64,000 nucleotides of DNA from the IMG/VR virus record IMGVR_UViG_3300019880_000001, positions 1-64,000 of that record; one strand, 5' to 3'. Of this stretch, positions 48,460-57,691 are shown piece after piece (the first letter of the stretch is position 1; every line of letters starts with the position of its first letter). The notes under the pieces were generated by a model that did no database searches, had not been told where the DNA came from, and was given only the letters and a program-made list of their open reading frames with translations. The translations under genes and the position numbers were made by a program. The DNA comes from a virus.

Positions 48460-49040
48460 TCCTCCGCCCCAATATTCTCACCAAGCACACTTCGTTCGAG
48501 GTACTGCGCGCCTACAGCATCGCGCACGTTCGCGTGTTCACAACGCCCATCACCGGCACGCTCGCCGAGATGCTCACCGCGTGGAGTGCGTTCGAGACCT
48601 GGTTTTGGAAACTCTGTCACGACGACAATCTCACGAACATGCGCGGCACGTGGCGAGGCAACGGTACGACGTTCAAAGCGAGCGAGATCGACGCGCACGG
48701 CAAGGAGATCTTCTTGCCCCCGAGCGCGACGAACGTCTTTCGCGCCTACACGGACTCCCCCGGAGTGCCGGCAATAGTCGCCTCCGCTGAGGACAACATC
48801 CGTTTCGTCGGTACGGCGAGCAACCCCAGCGTGCGCCCGAATCGTTACCAAGAAGCGTGGGATGCGGCCCAGCGAGGCGACGTCGAAGGCTTCGTGATGG
48901 GGCTCGCGGAACCGAAGCTCCCCGGCGTCGAACACGTGCCCGGCTTCTTCACCGCGAACCCGCGCGTGTACCTAGCGGGGGTGCAGCATTGCCTCGACAC
49001 GCTCAGGCCCGACTTCGATACGTACGAAAGAGCACCGTGA
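48456..49040 (+). CDS. glucosaminidase/FlgJ-like muramidase
   Basis: AFETWF..DNLTNMRG..FRAYTD..RYQEA..FFTANPRVY resembles GH73 motifs. Confidence 0.6.
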   Translation: MILRPNILTKHTSFEVLRAYSIAHVRVFTTPITGTLAEMLTAWSAFETWFWKLCHDDNLTNMRGTWRGNGTTFKASEIDAHGKEIFLPPSATNVFRAYTDSPGVPAIVASAEDNIRFVGTASNPSVRPNRYQEAWDAAQRGDVEGFVMGLAEPKLPGVEHVPGFFTANPRVYLAGVQHCLDTLRPDFDTYERAP

Positions 49041-49243
49041 TCGCGCGATTGATCTGCTTGCTCCTCGGGCATTCACTCGATGAGCTCGCGGTGCTCGAGG
49101 GAGCCCAACCCCCTATCTACGTGACGCACGGCAGGTGCGCTCGGTGCAAGACGCCCGTCATCACGGTGCGTGATCTTCGCGACGAAAAAGACCAGCAAGC
49201 GGACGTCGATACGGTCGACGAGCGCTCAGACCGGTTGAAGTAG
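49037..49243 (+). CDS. small protein (LICLLLGH..CARC)
   Basis: Resembles DUF1660-like prophage Zn-binding peptides. Confidence 0.5.
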   Translation: MIARLICLLLGHSLDELAVLEGAQPPIYVTHGRCARCKTPVITVRDLRDEKDQQADVDTVDERSDRLK

Positions 49244-49786
49244 GCTCGTGAGCGGCTGAACGAGCCCGGCGCCGCTGAGACGTCTGCACTGTAGGGCGTT
49301 CGGCGCCGGAAGATCGTTCACCAAGTCGGCTTGGCTGAGGTAGGTCAACCGCACTACCGGAACGGACGGCAGTGCCACAGAGAATACGGTAGCCGCGCTG
49401 AAAACCTCAGCGGCGCCTGCGGGGTTGCTGTTGAAAACACACGAGACCGGCGGTCCGGAGCCGCCGTCAATGTAGTTCCAAGTTGTGCCGCCGTCCAAAC
49501 TCACTTCGACACGTATTACGAGATTGATCGAGCCTGCTTGTGAGCTCGCTATCGTGAACACGAGAGCTCCGTCTAGAACATCGTCCGCTTCCCAGTCGGT
49601 GAACGTGATGACGACGTTTCCGCCCACACCCGGCACCGGTGTGAAGTCGCCCACCGGATCCAAGTTGCCTGAAGCGGTGTAGGCCGTTCCGTACTGCAAC
49701 AGCAACGGGTCACTGCCGCCTGCCGCAGCGGGCTTCTCTGGGTACGTTTCGGTCGCGTACCGGCCTCTGCCCATGAGCCTGCTCAT
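49226..49786 (-). CDS. spike-like protein D (GRGRY tag), inverted orientation
   Basis: [16 protein letters not shown] followed by a beta-rich domain (VEVSLDGGTTW). Confidence 0.75.
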   Translation of the reverse strand: MSRLMGRGRYATETYPEKPAAAGGSDPLLLQYGTAYTASGNLDPVGDFTPVPGVGGNVVITFTDWEADDVLDGALVFTIASSQAGSINLVIRVEVSLDGGTTWNYIDGGSGPPVSCVFNSNPAGAAEVFSAATVFSVALPSVPVVRLTYLSQADLVNDLPAPNALQCRRLSGAGLVQPLTSLLQPV

Positions 49787-49895
49787 GGGTACCGAGTGTA
49801 TCAGAGCCGTCGGGCATTCCGCAAAAACCAGCAGAATTCACGTACTTACTCGATCGTTTCCGAGCGCGTTGTTGGGTCTGATAGGCTCTTGACCC

Positions 49896-51245
49896 ATGAC
49901 CCTGTCCTATGCGCCGTACCCGCAGGCAGTAGCCGGATCACTCGGAGACGTGGGGCTCGGCGTGTTGACGTACCCGTCGTGGATCCCGCAGACCTGCAAA
50001 AACTGTAGCGACTCCACGCTGGCGCGTTGGAAGGCCCAGATAGCTTTCGCGATGGGCTGGTACGACATTTTTCGCAACCTAGAGAAGTTTCCGACCCCCG
50101 CTCAAGCGGAACGTTTCAAACGGTTCGGTACGTACGGGAAACCCGAGTTCGCCATGGACCCGAACAACGCGTTCTGGGCTTCAACTCCTGAGCGCGTCGC
50201 AGACCACGCAGACATCGTGAGGCAAGCTCTGCGTCACGGCTCTTTTCACTCGAGCACGTCGTTCGATCCCGGCGGGGCTATCAAGAGCGCCATCAACACG
50301 GTCACGCACATCCCCGTCATGTCGTTGGTGAACCCCATCGACGCCGTCGTGCACAAGATCGTCGGGGACAAGGTGTACTACGCCGTCGCGAAAGCCATCG
50401 GTGGCGACAAGGTCGAAGCCGCATTGAAAGCCGGCAACCATTCGCTCTCCGATCTCTCGAAAGGATCGACGCGCGCCGAGCTCATAAATCAAGGTGTAGC
50501 GGTCGCCAAGACGGCGGTTCAGGAGAAACTCACCCCCGATCAGGTGAAGGCGGTGCTCGATTCGTTGCCTCCGGAGACCGCTCAGGCGGCTCGAGACGCA
50601 CTCGCCGGCAAGAACCCCGCGAGCGCGCCGGCGGCCCCCGCAGCCGCCCCCGCGCCGGCTCAACTACGGACGCTCGACCCGCCCAAGCGGCCCGCGGCGG
50701 CGCCTGCGCCCGCTCCCTTGAAGACGCTCGACCCCCCGAAGAGGCCAGCAGCCGCAGCGGCACCGGCCCCTTTGAAGACGCTCGATCCTCCCAAGAAGGC
50801 GCCGGTGGCTCCGGCGAAGACGGTTTCGGCAACCGTGGTCGCGCCTGCCGCGCCGGGCGCTTTCGTGTACGCCCCCTACCCGAAAAACGGCGCTCTCGGG
50901 GCGCCTCCGCCGCACGGAGGGCACGGACACGGCGGGGGAGGTCATCACGGGGGAGGCCACGGAGGAGGGCACGTACACCCCTTCGCTCGAGGCGGCGGCG
51001 GAGGCCGAGGGTGGCGCGGCGGTCCGTGGGACTACGAGGTCATCACGACGGTCGAGACCTGCCGCACGTGGGGCGATCCGATCGACATGATGCCGGTGGA
51101 GATGTTGACCGCGGTGCGGACGGTGCTCGGCACCTCCGGCGGACGCCCGACGACCATTCGCGGGCCAGACGGTGTTCTTTACCTGATCGCGATCGAAGGC
51201 AAAGCCGTTACGGCTCGGCCGTGCATCGCTGTCGCCGCAAGCTAG
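49896..51245 (+). CDS. putative virion protein with Pro/Ala repeats and a Gly/His tract
   Basis: 3x APA(P/Q)L(K/R)TLDPPK; GGHGHGGGGHHGG; YAPYP occurs twice. Confidence 0.7.
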   Translation: MTLSYAPYPQAVAGSLGDVGLGVLTYPSWIPQTCKNCSDSTLARWKAQIAFAMGWYDIFRNLEKFPTPAQAERFKRFGTYGKPEFAMDPNNAFWASTPERVADHADIVRQALRHGSFHSSTSFDPGGAIKSAINTVTHIPVMSLVNPIDAVVHKIVGDKVYYAVAKAIGGDKVEAALKAGNHSLSDLSKGSTRAELINQGVAVAKTAVQEKLTPDQVKAVLDSLPPETAQAARDALAGKNPASAPAAPAAAPAPAQLRTLDPPKRPAAAPAPAPLKTLDPPKRPAAAAAPAPLKTLDPPKKAPVAPAKTVSATVVAPAAPGAFVYAPYPKNGALGAPPPHGGHGHGGGGHHGGGHGGGHVHPFARGGGGGRGWRGGPWDYEVITTVETCRTWGDPIDMMPVEMLTAVRTVLGTSGGRPTTIRGPDGVLYLIAIEGKAVTARPCIAVAAS

Positions 51246-51273
51246 TCGCCGACACGAAAGAAGAAAGAAGCAT

Positions 51274-51867
51274 ATGAAGAAGTGGTTCTCGTTTGTCGCA
51301 TTTGCCCTCGCCATCGTGGCTATTTCCTCGATCGCAACCGCGGACGGACCCCCGTTCACGATCACGACATTCCACTCCTTCGCGACGCTCACGCCGACCA
51401 GTGTGACGCCGACTGTATGCAAACACTCGGATGGTACGTACACGAACGTACACATTTTGAGTCAGGGGCCGATCACTTCAAACGATCAGCGAATGGTCGG
51501 AACGTTTCACGGCGATGCGATGATCTTGACGAACGCTCAGGGAATCGGCGTGTCACGAGATAAGTGGACCATCACCGACACGGCCACCGGTGCCGTCAAA
51601 GTAACGGGGGTGGCGCAGGCTCTCGACGCGGACGCAACAGGCCCGATCCACTCGGTGGTCACCGCGCGTTTTTCAGACGGCAGTTTCATGTCGACCATGG
51701 CCGTCGTTAGATTGCCTCCTCCCGGCGTTCCAGGCGCGATCACTGTGGAGTACGGCGGCGCTGTACCGTCCGATCCCGGACGCGGTGTCGTGATCAGTCG
51801 AGACTGCGGCGGGTACTTCGAAGCTGACGCGCGTGGGTACAAGATTCGCGGCGCCGGCGGCGATTGA
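51274..51867 (+). CDS. secreted beta-rich protein
   Basis: Signal peptide MKKWFSFVAFALAIVAISSIATA. Confidence 0.7.
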   Translation: MKKWFSFVAFALAIVAISSIATADGPPFTITTFHSFATLTPTSVTPTVCKHSDGTYTNVHILSQGPITSNDQRMVGTFHGDAMILTNAQGIGVSRDKWTITDTATGAVKVTGVAQALDADATGPIHSVVTARFSDGSFMSTMAVVRLPPPGVPGAITVEYGGAVPSDPGRGVVISRDCGGYFEADARGYKIRGAGGD

Positions 51868-51877
51868 ATCGACTCCA

Positions 51878-52324
51878 ATGGCCCAAAAAACAGATCTTCC
51901 AGGCTGGTTCCCGTTCGCCGTCGTGGCCTCATTCCTCGTGATGGTCGGCGCCGGCATGAAATCGGGCTGGAAGATCTCCGGCAACGAGCCCCCGCCCCCT
52001 CCCCCTCCGATACCACCGGGAACGCCGCAAGTGAAGCAGGCGGGCGCTCTGCAAGACTGGGGGCTCGGTTCGTCGGGCAGGTGGTTCTTCTGGTACGTGC
52101 TCCCCGTCGGAGCGACCGCGTACGGTGCGAAGGGCCCCGAGTACCTGACCGATCAAGGCGCGTTTCAGCTCGAGTTCGACACGCGCTCCGCATCGCTCGG
52201 AGTGCAGCTCTACCGTTACGTGTGGATTCCAGCGCTAGGAGTATGGGTCTACGACTCGCGCAACGAGCCTTCGCTCCTAGCATCGCGTGAAATACGCGAT
52301 CAGCAGGGCGCCGTAGTCGGATAA
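51878..52324 (+). CDS. membrane-anchored protein
   Basis: N-terminal TM and poly-Pro linker. Confidence 0.6.
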   Translation: MAQKTDLPGWFPFAVVASFLVMVGAGMKSGWKISGNEPPPPPPPIPPGTPQVKQAGALQDWGLGSSGRWFFWYVLPVGATAYGAKGPEYLTDQGAFQLEFDTRSASLGVQLYRYVWIPALGVWVYDSRNEPSLLASREIRDQQGAVVG

Positions 52325-52375
52325 CGGGGCAATTCGCCTCGCCCTCTCAGGCCGGAGCGAGGCTACGCTTCGAAG

Positions 52376-52588
52376 ATGCTCGCACTCCTTTTCAGCCTGC
52401 TCGTGCTCGCCATTCTGATTTGGGGTGGCGATCGACTGCTCGCGCTCGCGCCAGGTTCTCCGAAGCTCATAGCGGCAATCCGCATCATCGCGATCGTGTG
52501 TGTTGCGCTCTACGTGCTCTCGCTGATCGCCGGCTTCTTCGGCGTAGCGGTGCCTCTGTTTCCTACCGTCGTCCGTAGTCGGCATTGA
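52376..52588 (+). CDS. small two-TM protein (holin-like candidate)
   Basis: 70 aa and almost entirely hydrophobic. Confidence 0.6.
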   Translation: MLALLFSLLVLAILIWGGDRLLALAPGSPKLIAAIRIIAIVCVALYVLSLIAGFFGVAVPLFPTVVRSRH

Positions 52589-52686
52589 GCGATCCCGCCG
52601 CGAGTACGGACAACGTCATCAGCATGCCTCGGGCTCGGCGGAAGCGAGCGACGGGGTCGTAGCGCGACCAGAACTTGGGGTGCATT

Positions 52687-52932
52687 TCACCGGCAGGCTT
52701 GACGCTCTTCGAGCCAGCGAAGCGTAGCCGCGTCTGCGTCGGGGCAATCCTCAGCGTTGCCGGCCTGCACGCATGCGAGGACGGCGGGGATGACCTGAGA
52801 CGTCATCTCGGCGCGCTGGAGCTCGACCTGCGCTGCGGAACAGTGCCCGATGCCAAAGCGGGGCGGGGGCGTTCCTTTGGAGCAAGCCGAAATCGCGAGA
52901 GCCCAAATACCGATGCCGATCAGGTGTTTCAT
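52687..52932 (-). CDS. small lipoprotein
   Basis: MKHLIGIGIWALAISAC lipobox. Confidence 0.6.
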   Translation of the reverse strand: MKHLIGIGIWALAISACSKGTPPPRFGIGHCSAAQVELQRAEMTSQVIPAVLACVQAGNAEDCPDADAATLRWLEERQACR

Positions 52933-52958
52933 GTTCTTCCTTTTTACCACGGATGCTC

Positions 52959-53318
52959 TCACCGTTCCCACGGCAACTTGACCTTCGCAGCTCGCGCGCG
53001 TTGTTCCGCCTGACGTTCGGGCGAAAGATTCGAGAACAGGTTCGCCGGCTTCTCGTCAGGCGCCCCGCGCTTTCGAAGATCAGCCAGATGCCAAATCTCT
53101 GCTATCTTGTCGCGTTGCGCTTGCGAAAAAACGGGAGGGGAGATGTCGTCCATGCTCGCGATGAATCGACGCTCCCACCCAGAGAAGTGAGTGCCGCCGC
53201 GTTCAGGCGAGACGTTCGCGAGCACCACTAGATCTTCGAGTTGCTTCAGAGCGGCCGTGTCGTTGCGGAGCTCGAGGATGGTAGGGCAGTCTTCGGTTGT
53301 CGGTTTTCGCTTGTTCAC
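52959..53318 (-). CDS. hypothetical protein (WE..F...Q..I domain)
   Basis: FSGWERRFIASM..FSQAQRDKIAEIW; GGAGG RBS before GTG. Confidence 0.6.
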   Translation of the reverse strand: MNKRKPTTEDCPTILELRNDTAALKQLEDLVVLANVSPERGGTHFSGWERRFIASMDDISPPVFSQAQRDKIAEIWHLADLRKRGAPDEKPANLFSNLSPERQAEQRARAAKVKLPWER

Positions 53319-53599
53319 GAAGCCTCCTTCTTGAAGTGATCCTCGCAGATGTTGAGGAGATGATCCTTCTTTCCGTGTTGAATCACCTGTCTCGTCGCCA
53401 TGTTCGGGCATGCACGCCACCGTTTCGTACCATCCGAGTCGATGTGCGGTTTGTCGGGCGGATCGAGGCACAACTCGCAAAAGTTGATGTCCCACCAGCG
53501 GGATTCTCCTCGATCTAGACGATCCTCGCATTTGTGACAGCCCCAGCTCGCACCGGCTTTGGCGTCGAGCCTACCGCACGCAGGACACCGCTCTGTCAC
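53315..53599 (-). CDS. Cys-rich Zn-binding protein
   Basis: CPAC, CHKC, CELC, CEDH. Confidence 0.55.
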   Translation of the reverse strand: MTERCPACGRLDAKAGASWGCHKCEDRLDRGESRWWDINFCELCLDPPDKPHIDSDGTKRWRACPNMATRQVIQHGKKDHLLNICEDHFKKEAS

Positions 53600-53979
53600 G
53601 GCGGTGGGGCTATCCTGATCGCAGCAGACCCATCTTTTCGGAGCTCCACGTCGCAGCGTACGACTTCGGTGAGCTCGATCATCCCACCGCGTTGAGCCCA
53701 CACGATGAGGGCCTCTTTCACCTGCAATGGCGTCAGCAGTGCTGTTTTCTTCATTTTTCGACTTTCGTTTCTTCGCGAGTCATCGCCGGTCCGTCGCCCC
53801 ACTTCGGAAGCGTTGGATGAACCAATCGATCGACCATTGTGGTGGAAGAACCCCATCGTTCACTGCGGCAAGAATGTTCGCAGCGGCTTGTGCCGCGAAC
53901 GGCGCCCACCCTAATGCGATGCACTCCAACTCCGCGCGCTCTTCGGGCGTGATGATGTCGAGCCCGGTACCGCAGGGGA

Positions 53980-55728
53980 TCATCCGAGCTCCTCGGGCAA
54001 TCGAAGCTCTCCGCGCCCTTCGACCAGCTCCAGCGTTCGCATTCGAGACAGGTAGGTCGAGAACGTTCCACTGCGATGAGAGATACCCGCCGCTTCGCCG
54101 AGTTGTTCGTTCGTCAGGCTTCTTGGGTAGACTTCGGCGAGCGCCGCCAGCATTCGACTAGCCCCGCCGCCGAGCTCGTGAAGCCAATACCGCAACAACT
54201 CGCGGCCTTCCGGTAGCGGCTCGAAGTTTCCCAGTGCCTCGCGTCCAAGTGCCGTCAGCGAGCGCGTGTCTCCTTGATCGGCGATCCAACCCTCCGAGCG
54301 CCCGCGCGAGAGATACGTTGAGAAAGTCCCTGAGCGTGACGAGAGCCCTGCTCGAACGCCGAGTTGACGGTTCGTCAGACCCGGCCGTTGAGCGAGAGCG
54401 ATCATCATACGCCTCAGGCCGCCGCCAACGGTAGACGCACCGGAGTACGGTTTCGCTGCACTGCCGTTCGTTTTCGTCACGAGGTTCTTTGCGGCTTCGT
54501 GTTCCACGCGCGCAGTGACCGGCGGAGGTTGTGCCTTCGCGAGTTGACTGGAGTTTCTCGGCAACGCCCTACGGGCTTTGGCCTCGGCTGTTTTCACCAG
54601 CGCGTTCGCGCCGGAGATCGCACCGGACAAACTGCTCAACACCATACGGGCCTGGTCGAGCGCCGGCATGATAGCCACGATCGCCGCGACCGTTTCTGCG
54701 TCCGTAGTCGGAACTTGAATGATCTTCGCGGGACCCGACGGGCCGGGCGATGGCGTCTTCTTCAGTGTTTTTTCGTACTCTACGATCTGTTTGCCCAACT
54801 CGATGATCCGCCTGCGAAGCTCCTTCGGGTCTTCGGCCTTCGCCCGCTCGACGACGTCGGCCATCGCCGCGGTGAGCCCCTTCAAGTCGATCGGCGTCAG
54901 CTTCTTTTGCTTGAATGCTTTCCCGCCGACCTTCGGCGTCGCCGACGTATCGAGCGTCTCGATCGGAAGGATGCGTACGATCTTCGAGATCTTGAGCCAC
55001 TGCGGGCTCCACACATACGGGGCTCCTACCTCGAGCGTCGGGAGGACGTCCGCCAGCTTTCCCTCGAACCCCTTGTCGCTCAACCAGTACTGGAGCGCTT
55101 TTCGTTCGTGAGGACCGTTCATTTGAAATGCGAACACGCACTCGGCCTGGTTGAGCGCTTTCTTAGAGATCTCCTGAGGCCGCTGCGAGATGAAGCTGAT
55201 CCCAACACCGTGCGGGCGCCCCTGCTTCGCGAGCCGTTGAAACTCGTGAAGCATTTGCTCTTCTCCGCGTTGGCAATTCTCTGGAACGAAATCTTGGCAC
55301 TCCTCGAGCACCAGATGTACGGCGCCGGGCGCCGCCTTCTTTCGTTGGAAAAAGCGACGAGCGAAAGCCGTCGCGAACCGGGTGCGTTCGGCGTCGAGCA
55401 TTTGGCTCACGTCGAGCACTACGCTGATGCCGCGATCGACGATCAAGTTGGCTACGAGCTCGCCAGCGGCGGGCTCTAGCGGAATGTCCCCGTGCAGGCC
55501 GCCGAACACTGGGATCTTGAATGCCTTCGGACCGAGACGGAGGCCCGCCCATCCACCGGACCCGTCCAAGACCACGACCTGCGCCTTGGCACGCAGCATT
55601 TGCTCGACCATGCGCTTGCACCCGAACGTCTTCCCCGATCCGGTTCTGCCGAGGTACGCGAGCTTTTGCGTGACCGCATCGAGCGGAAGCGCGAGTGTAC
55701 TGGAGATTCGAAGCGTGCTTGCTCTCAT
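53980..55728 (-). CDS. HerA/FtsK-superfamily (DUF87-like) P-loop ATPase with tandem C-terminal wHTH domains
   Basis: LGRTGSGKT, LVLEECQ, KQGRPHGVG..ISQRPQ; two LTN.QLG..AG.S.RSGTFSTYLSR repeats. Confidence 0.85.
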   Translation of the reverse strand: MRASTLRISSTLALPLDAVTQKLAYLGRTGSGKTFGCKRMVEQMLRAKAQVVVLDGSGGWAGLRLGPKAFKIPVFGGLHGDIPLEPAAGELVANLIVDRGISVVLDVSQMLDAERTRFATAFARRFFQRKKAAPGAVHLVLEECQDFVPENCQRGEEQMLHEFQRLAKQGRPHGVGISFISQRPQEISKKALNQAECVFAFQMNGPHERKALQYWLSDKGFEGKLADVLPTLEVGAPYVWSPQWLKISKIVRILPIETLDTSATPKVGGKAFKQKKLTPIDLKGLTAAMADVVERAKAEDPKELRRRIIELGKQIVEYEKTLKKTPSPGPSGPAKIIQVPTTDAETVAAIVAIMPALDQARMVLSSLSGAISGANALVKTAEAKARRALPRNSSQLAKAQPPPVTARVEHEAAKNLVTKTNGSAAKPYSGASTVGGGLRRMMIALAQRPGLTNRQLGVRAGLSSRSGTFSTYLSRGRSEGWIADQGDTRSLTALGREALGNFEPLPEGRELLRYWLHELGGGASRMLAALAEVYPRSLTNEQLGEAAGISHRSGTFSTYLSRMRTLELVEGRGELRLPEELG

Positions 55729-56114
55729 CAACGACTCCTTCACGTCACAGGTTCTTCGCGCGTGCGATCCACGACCCATCGCACATCGGCTACGCTGACG
55801 CCGGCGAGCGCGATCAGCGACGGTGAGTAGAGATCGCCACCGACGAGCTGCCAGATCCGACGCTCTTGGTAGAGCACCGTGCCGTACTGCGAATGCTCGC
55901 CGGTATCCCAACCCTTCGCGAAGAAGAGCCGCATGGCCCACTTGAACGCGGTGCTCACCGGGAAGCCTCGAGCATGTACCAGATCAACTGGACGCTGCCG
56001 ACAGCACCGGACTTCGTCGAGAATTCAATGTACGGCGCGCCGTTAGCTCCCGCCACGACGTAGGCGACGATGACACCGTCGTCTTGCAGGCGCTTCAGGA
56101 TTCGTTCGAAGATC

Positions 56115-56402
56115 TCAATCATCGTCGAGCTCCGGTTCGTAGAAGATCTTCGTGACGGGACACTTCGCTGCGCGCGCGCGAGCCTTGTGGAATTGAACGC
56201 CACACTTCTTCGACGTCGCCTCCTTAGGCGCGCAAGGTTGCCCCGGAAGCGCGAGACACGTCTTGCACGAGTAGGACATCACGCGAACGACGTACTGCGC
56301 GAAAGTCTCCTTGTTCTTGTCGAGCCTCCGCTTCATTTCTTGCGAGGGTTCGAACGTCACTGCACGTTCGACGCAGCGGAGGAAGACGGAAGTGTCGTTC
56401 AT
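56115..56402 (-). CDS. small Zn-finger protein
   Basis: CKTCLALPGQPC...FHKAR. Confidence 0.55.
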   Translation of the reverse strand: MNDTSVFLRCVERAVTFEPSQEMKRRLDKNKETFAQYVVRVMSYSCKTCLALPGQPCAPKEATSKKCGVQFHKARARAAKCPVTKIFYEPELDDD

Positions 56403-57469
56403 CGTTTCGGCCCCCGAGCAATAGCCTCGTCGATCAGCCCGCGCGCAGCAGACTCTTCGATGAGGCCGGCACGGCGGATGTACCCGCGCATTTGTTTCAC
56501 CGACTGGTGCCCCGTCGCTTCCATGATGTCTGCCTCGGGGCGCCCCATCCTGTGCGCTGTGGAGATGAACCCGCTGCGCAGCGAGTGGCCTCCAAAGTCG
56601 GCCGGATCGAGCCCGAGCCGTTTCACGTAGTGCTGCACGCGTTTCGCGACACCTTCGGGGGCGAGGCCGGCTTCCGAGACCTTTCCGGTGTTGATGTCAA
56701 CCCCCCTGAACATTGGCCCCGTTTCGATCTTCGAAAGGTCGAGCCAACGCCGTAGAGCGCGCACGGCGCAGTACCGCTCGTCGGCGGCGGGCGTCAGCGC
56801 AACGACGAGCCCCTTGCCGGTCTGATCGGCCTTGCTGCGGGGGATGCGCCACCGAATGCCCCCCTCGACGTCCTCGAAGTGCTCGACGCGCGCGGCGGTG
56901 ATCTCGCTCCGCCGCCGACCGCCGCCCTGCCAACCGACGAGTAGCATCGCGCGATCTCTAACGCCGCGAAGGTCGTCGCTTATCAAGTCGCACACCCGAA
57001 GCAGCAACGCCTCTCCGTGTGCGCCTAGATCGCGCTTCTGCTTTTTCGGCGCGGTTCCCTTCGTTCGCGCCAGCGTGTCACGTGTCGACTCGATAAGTGG
57101 GTGCTTCCAGATACTTGCGTGCCCGGCTTTCTGATTGCTCCGGCAGATCGCTGCGAGGGCACGCATCAACGCACTGTGGCCGAGCGGCCCCTTCACCTTG
57201 CCGCTCGGTACGTCCTCGGGGGAACGCCCACGCTCGGCGAGCTCTTGCAGGTAGATCCGAACGACGCGGGGCTCGGCCGGCGTCGGGCGAAGGCCGTGGC
57301 GAGCGCACCAGGAGGCAAAGCAGGCCAGATCGAGCTCGTAGGCTCTCCTGGTGTTCGCGGGGACCGCGGCATCGGCCGCCTCCTCCGCTCGCGCGTCGAG
57401 CGCGAGAAGCTCGCTTTGCGCTTCTGTGAGCTCGTGCTCGGTAGTTTTGGTTATCTGGTTATCAGCCAC
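56399..57469 (-). CDS. tyrosine recombinase, Cre-like
   Basis: NTRRAY..D...F..WC; RDRAMLLVG..RRSEI; SKADQ; GHSLRSGF; TGH.S..M..Y (R-K-H-R-H-Y). Confidence 0.93.
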   Translation of the reverse strand: MADNQITKTTEHELTEAQSELLALDARAEEAADAAVPANTRRAYELDLACFASWCARHGLRPTPAEPRVVRIYLQELAERGRSPEDVPSGKVKGPLGHSALMRALAAICRSNQKAGHASIWKHPLIESTRDTLARTKGTAPKKQKRDLGAHGEALLLRVCDLISDDLRGVRDRAMLLVGWQGGGRRRSEITAARVEHFEDVEGGIRWRIPRSKADQTGKGLVVALTPAADERYCAVRALRRWLDLSKIETGPMFRGVDINTGKVSEAGLAPEGVAKRVQHYVKRLGLDPADFGGHSLRSGFISTAHRMGRPEADIMEATGHQSVKQMRGYIRRAGLIEESAARGLIDEAIARGPKR

Positions 57470-57476
57470 GCGAAGC

Positions 57477-57510
57477 CCCGTACGTGAGAACCAGGCTTAT
57501 CACGTACGGG
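57477..57510. promoter_or_regulatory. lox/dif-like recombination site (14-6-14 or 13-8-13 inverted repeat)
   Basis: cccgtacgtgagaa-ccaggc-ttatcacgtacggg, arms 13/14 complementary, 7 nt upstream of the recombinase start. Confidence 0.7.
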
Positions 57511-57691
57511 TTTCGGACGTCCAGCGTCCTCCAAATCGGGCCCATACAGGCCGATTACACACGCGCGTCGCGCAGGGACCCCGGTTCTTCACACGGCCCG
57601 GACATGGCGTTTACGTGGCGTCGACACGGTGTTTTACACGGACCGTCCGGTGTCACCCCCTAGGACACGTCCCCCGGTGTACCCTCTGGGC

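Noticed and set aside
56399-57469. Recombinase as marking a prophage end
   Set aside because: Viral-type genes continue on both sides, and I saw no tRNA, host gene or att duplication.
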